This document shows positions 59,491-64,000 of a stretch of DNA of 64,000 nucleotides, in pieces. The stretch lies in contig OX638150.1 of the NCBI GenBank assembly GCA_951804945.1, positions 69,130,001 to 69,194,000 on the forward strand, read 5' to 3'. A model generated the notes under the pieces. The model searched no databases, had not been told where the DNA came from, and saw nothing but the letters and a program-made list of their open reading frames with translations. The stretch's first letter is position 1. Each line of letters opens with the position of its first letter. The translations under genes and the position numbers were made by a program. Source of the DNA: Podarcis cretensis. Lineage: Eukaryota.

Positions 59491-61339
59491 TGCAATGAGC
59501 CGCCGCGCGCCCTATACCCGCTCGGCGAGGGGATTTCATCATAGCGCGCAACTCGCGCTCCCCGCCCCTCGGCCCTGCCCGGATGCAGCGGCGGGAGCCC
59601 TGGCGCGCAGAGGCCGCCGGCCCGCTGACCTGGGGCGGGGCATCCGATAAGAAGGCGCCAAAGGAGCCTTCCTGCCCCGACGCATAGGAGGAGCTGTGGA
59701 GCCTGCCGCGTGGCTGATGGCGGCGGTGATTTGGGGAGGTGGGGAGCAGAGAGGAGTCGAGGGCTGGCACGTACGGAGAGAGAGCGAGAGAGAGGCACGT
59801 AGTCAGTGGCTCACAGCTAAGAAGGCGGAAGGATGCAGAATCGAAGACGACGGATGATGCCACTTTTCTGGGTTGCCACACAAGATGCGATGTGCCCTTG
59901 CTTAGATCGTGGCTTTTGGAAGGGATTTGATACATGGAGGAAGGGCAGCAGTAGGCACAAGTTCACAGGGAGCGTGATGGAGAAAACTGTAGTGGGAGGG
60001 CTGTTCCCCCCCCCCCCGCAGTGTTTGGACAAAACATATTAGTTATGTATCTATTTATTTATTCCTTAAAGACTAAAATAGTCGCCCAATCAAGTGAAAG
60101 AACAAAAGAACAAAGCAAGATTGAAGACTCAGGAACAATGTAGTACATAGGACAGACTGAGAAGAGAAAGCGATAAGGCACTACCTGTTACCACCTGTAA
60201 TTCCCAGCTAAAGCCACTGCAAGTTATCAATGAATTACAGCCTATCCTGGATAAGGACACTTTCCTCTCTCAGATGACAACATCAGGGGTTCATTTGTAG
60301 CACCCTGCTTGTGGTTAATGCTTAGCTGGAATGAAATATTCAACGCAGCAATAGAGAAATTAAAATAATTTATTTGTCAGTCAAATAAATGAGAGGCACA
60401 GTGGTATATGGTTACCAAGCTCTGGCCTGGCCTCCTGCCAATCTGGCCAGCACTTATATTTCCTTAATCCAGCCCCCTTGCTCCTCCTGTGGCTGCCTCT
60501 GTCCAATCAGCCTGGTTGAAATTCCTATTGGCTGTTTGCTAGAACCAATCACAAAAGATACACCCATTTCCTTTTGCCCTTTTATGGGAAACAAAAAGCT
60601 ATATATTCTTCTATCTATAAATGACAAATGAGTAGTAATATATCTTACATGTGTCTCAACAAGGAACCTTAATTACCAGCTCACCTCGCCCTATTGCCCT
60701 CCAAAACAGATGGTTAATCTTAAATTTTTATCTTAAACAGATGTCAAGGATCTTGAGTTCACATCATCATTGAAAGATCTCCTTCTTTTGGAGGTCTCTA
60801 AACAAAGGCCTGACAACCATATGTGTGCTCTAATGATGTTTCCTGCTTGGCAGGGGGGCTGGGCTGATGGCCCCTGTGATCTCTTTCAACTATATGAAAT
60901 AAAAAGCTAGCATAAGGATTTAACATTTCTTAGTTTCTAAATCCTTTGCATAATTACATTTAAGCCAATATATTTAATACATAACATAAATAACCTTTTA
61001 AAAGAATAAACCTTCTCAAAGTAAAAAAGGAAGGAACAGTTTCCAGCCTCAAAATAAGATAGGAAGAAACCTATCTTCTCCAGCCAAGCCAGTTGCCTTT
61101 TTCACTGCTCTTGACCTTTCAACCTTAGGAAAATATGGCTCAAGTTTAATGGGAGGCACATGGTTTTATTTTACTATTTACCAACTCTTAATTTAACCAC
61201 TCTTACAGCTTAATTGTACTTTGCAACATGCAAGGTCAGTGTCCTCACTCTCAGCCTGTAATTCCCTTTTTACGACTTTGAGAATTGTTTTCTGCTAGAA
61301 ATCAGGGGGGCCCCTTGTCCAGGAGAATAAACATTGCCA

Positions 61340-61720
61340 AGGTTCTTAGGCAGCTGGTCTTCTGCCTGGCATAAACATTTGAAAATCTTTAAGCTCATTT
61401 TAAAATACAGGCCCTGATCAAAAATATAAGCTTTGATAAAAATGCAGGCTTATGATTAGATGCCTCACATTCACCTGCTCATCTAATGTGACTTATGCCA
61501 TCACCTGCCAATGACTCTACCTAGGACAAACAGGTCTATGCAAATAATTAAAGGGGCACAAATCTGACATCAGGAAGGACACTGCCCTGATTTCAGTCTC
61601 TTTAGACACTTGGTACTAATCTAAGTAGTCATCCTTGAATAAAAAACTTCAAAGGGAGGTCACTGAATAACAGTTTACCAAGAAGTTAAATTCTATTTAA
61701 CCTCTAGCCTGAATTGAACT
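61340..61720 (+). mobile_element. Penelope-like fragment (GIY-YIG remnant)
   Basis: FTCSSNVTYAITCQ*LYLGQTG...GHKSDIR. Confidence 0.7.
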
Positions 61721-61989
61721 ATAATCCCACTACAGGTGTTTTAATCCCACTACAAGTGTTCATTAGTTTACCAGTCCCAGGATCTTTGTGTTACCATCAA
61801 GACTGATATATGAACGGTCATTGTAAATAATTTTATGTGCATGCAAGCTTTAACATGCTTATCGTTATGTGTATGTATGTGTGTTTATAGGCTCCCTTCC
61901 CACTCTGTGATGCTACTCTGTATAATGTATATATGCATTTAATTTCTCTAAGGCATTATTGCTTATATCCTGCTCACTTGTCTTTCTGC

Positions 61990-62155
61990 TAAGCTAAAAA
62001 AGCCCCAAACATTGCAACCCTTCATCAAAGGGAAGTTGCTCCAGCCCTTTGATGATTTTGGTTGTCCTTTTCTGCAACTTTCCCAGCTCTACAGTACCCT
62101 TTTTGTGGTGTGGTTGTATCAGAGCTATACACAGAATTCCAAGGTTACTGCACAG
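61990..62155 (-). mobile_element. CR1 fragment
   Basis: HHKKGTVELGKLQKRTTKIIKGLEQLPFDEGLQCLGLF. Confidence 0.8.
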
Positions 62156-62158
62156 ATC

Positions 62159-62313
62159 TAATAATAATAATAATAATAATAATAATTTATTATTTATACC
62201 CCGCCCATCTGGCTGAGTTTCCCCAACCACTCTGGGCGGCTCCCAATCAGTGTTAAAAACAGTACAGCATTACATATTAAAAACTTCCCTGAACAGGGCT
62301 GCCTTAAGATGTC
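62159..62313 (-). mobile_element. L2 3' tail with (TTA)n microsatellite
   Basis: (TAA)n then TTTATACCCCGCCCATCTGGCTG...CTCTGGGCGGCT, similar to the 23013 L2 end. Confidence 0.8.
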
Positions 62314-63122
62314 GTACTAAGTTGTACTATAGATTTGCCAAATACCTCTTTCCCCCCCTCCACCCACACACCAAAAAACCCTGAGGACAACACTAATGGA
62401 ACCTAGAATGGCACACTTGGAAAATTATCTCCTCTTACAAGCTAAGATTTTTAAGGCCTGATTAGTAAGAAGGAGCCAAGCCAAGTGCACCTGGTTGCAA
62501 TCTTCAGCAACAGCTGTCCCTTACATTACACAGACTTTGGAACCACCTATTTCAAAGCATTCTTGGTTACCTACTGGAGGTTGAGCTTTTCATGATACCT
62601 TAGTTCCATTGAGACAATCTCTCTGATGGCCCTATATTGTTTGCCTTTTAATTTTGACGTGAACACAGTGATCTTGTACAGGGATGGGAAACCTGTGGCC
62701 AGCAGTTGTGGTGCTCTAACTCCTGTCCAACATGGCCAATGAACAAGAATGATGAAGATATAGTCTAGCAACATCTGGAGGACAAAAGGCTCACCACCTC
62801 TGATCTAGTGTCTTGAACCCAGTGACTTTTAAGTGACCCCATTGGCCTAAATCAAGGACGGGAAAGTTGTGGTCCTCCAGGTGTTGCTGGACTAAAACTC
62901 CCGCTATCGCTATCCCCAACCTTTGGTCATGCTGACTTGGGATGATGGGAACTGGCCTCCAGCAACATCCAGAGGGCCATGGGTCCCTGTTGTGTTCCAG
63001 CTGAAAAAGAGAGAAGGGTTACAGTTTCTACAATGGCAGCATTTGAAGGAATGACAAAAGAAAGACCTGGCTCTTTAACAAAACCATTTTCTAGGTTAAA
63101 GGCGGTGCTCAAAGGTGCTTTC

Positions 63123-63201
63123 TATATAAAAAGGAAGCCTGGAGGGGTGGGCTCAGTTATTTTCTTGGAAGGTGGTGGCAGTAGCACTAATGATGGTAAG
63201 T
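63123..63201 (+). promoter_or_regulatory. TATA box + Inr + 41-nt first exon + GTAAGT donor (candidate EIF4E1B start)
   Basis: TATATAAAA 63123-63131; TCAGTT with A at 63155 (30 nt from TATAAAA); exon ends ATGATG|GTAAGT. Confidence 0.45.
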
Positions 63202-64000
63202 AGTAGTTTTCTTTCTGCTGAGGTCTTTTTCTTCTTTCTCCCTAGGGTATAACCCTGCAACTGTGAGGCTGTTGTGTTCCTGAAATATAGTTCTACCTCC
63301 AAAGCTCCTTGTTTAGTTTTCAGGGACCTTATTGCTCTTGAAGGGTAGGAAAAGCTAGGCTGGATGTAGTCAAGTGTTTGTTCTGTATGTTGAACATCTT
63401 GTCTGATGCAAATTCTACAGTTCTGTACATGCTTATGTCAGCAAGTTATATTGAATTCAATGAGCCTGACTTCTCTGAGCAAGTGTGCACAGTACTGAGC
63501 TTTATGCTGGGATGTGTTCCAGAGTGTCTATTCCCAGTAGAGTGACCACTTTACTTTGTTATTGTGGTGAGCCTCTGCTATAAAACTTGTAGGAGGCCCA
63601 GCTATGGCTTGCAGGGCTGCTTCTTCCACGGCTCCTGTACCTTTAACAGTAGTCTGAGATACTCTTACCACAATGCATTGCATTTTGGGAGGAAAGGGAG
63701 TGTCTCCTACAGAATTTCTGCTTGTCATGCAGCTATTAAAGGTACATAGTCCCTGCCAGAAAAAAAGGTGGGGAGTTGTCAATCCTTGGTCTGCCATGTA
63801 TTGATCTTGGTGACTCTAGTCCCTGGAGAGCCTAAATGTGTCTGTGCTTTAATGCACTTGGCTGTGAAAAAGCTAGGCAATAATTTGCCTAGTTCTCTTA
63901 AGGACCCAAAAGCTTCTTTTGGTTGCTCTACTTGGCTTGGCAAGGTCTTCCTCCTTCAAGTTCTTCTTCTAAATGTAATGCTGTATAGCATTCTTTGTTT

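Larger units (their letters stand above)
58680..59860. promoter_or_regulatory. SNCB: SNCB promoter CpG island
   Basis: CpG-dense, GC boxes (CCCGCCCC, GGGGCGGGG), TATA-like TATAG on minus at ~59516, directly upstream of the first coding exon. Confidence 0.85.

Noticed and set aside
58680-59935. Long overlapping ORFs (140-215 aa) in the SNCB CpG island
   Set aside because: Expected from GC-rich, stop-poor sequence; low complexity, on both strands, no recognisable domain.

Overview
Vertebrate genomic DNA from a squamate reptile, probably a lacertid lizard (inferred from Sauria SINEs, BovB, CR1, L2, Penelope, L1 and hAT/Tc1-mariner MITEs). The only protein-coding gene I can firmly identify is beta-synuclein (SNCB) on the minus strand. 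It has five coding exons (58135-58015, 40197-40159, 39566-39448, 36069-35980, 35283-35251; 402 nt, 133 aa), all with GT-AG junctions in matching phase. It also has a probable non-coding first exon in a CpG island (~59.2-59.5 kb, carrying a (CAG)11 tract and two short uORFs) and AATAAA at 34512-34517. The rest is intron or intergenic DNA dense in transposon fragments, several with clean target-site duplications (TSDs). The most interesting unexplained signals are: an orphan CpG island at ~19.3-20.0 kb with an RFX X-box and hints of two divergent spliced transcripts; two short L1-mobilised non-autonomous elements (one complete with a 17-bp TSD, one with an intact 188-aa ORF); lineage-specific changes in beta-synuclein; and a TATA-Inr-mini-exon-GTAAGT module at 63.1 kb, where EIF4E1B would be expected by mammalian synteny. 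I found no prokaryote-type system and cannot demonstrate a new biological system from sequence alone. The lncRNA and regulatory calls are hypotheses. Repeat-family names and human comparison sequences are from recall, not database searches.
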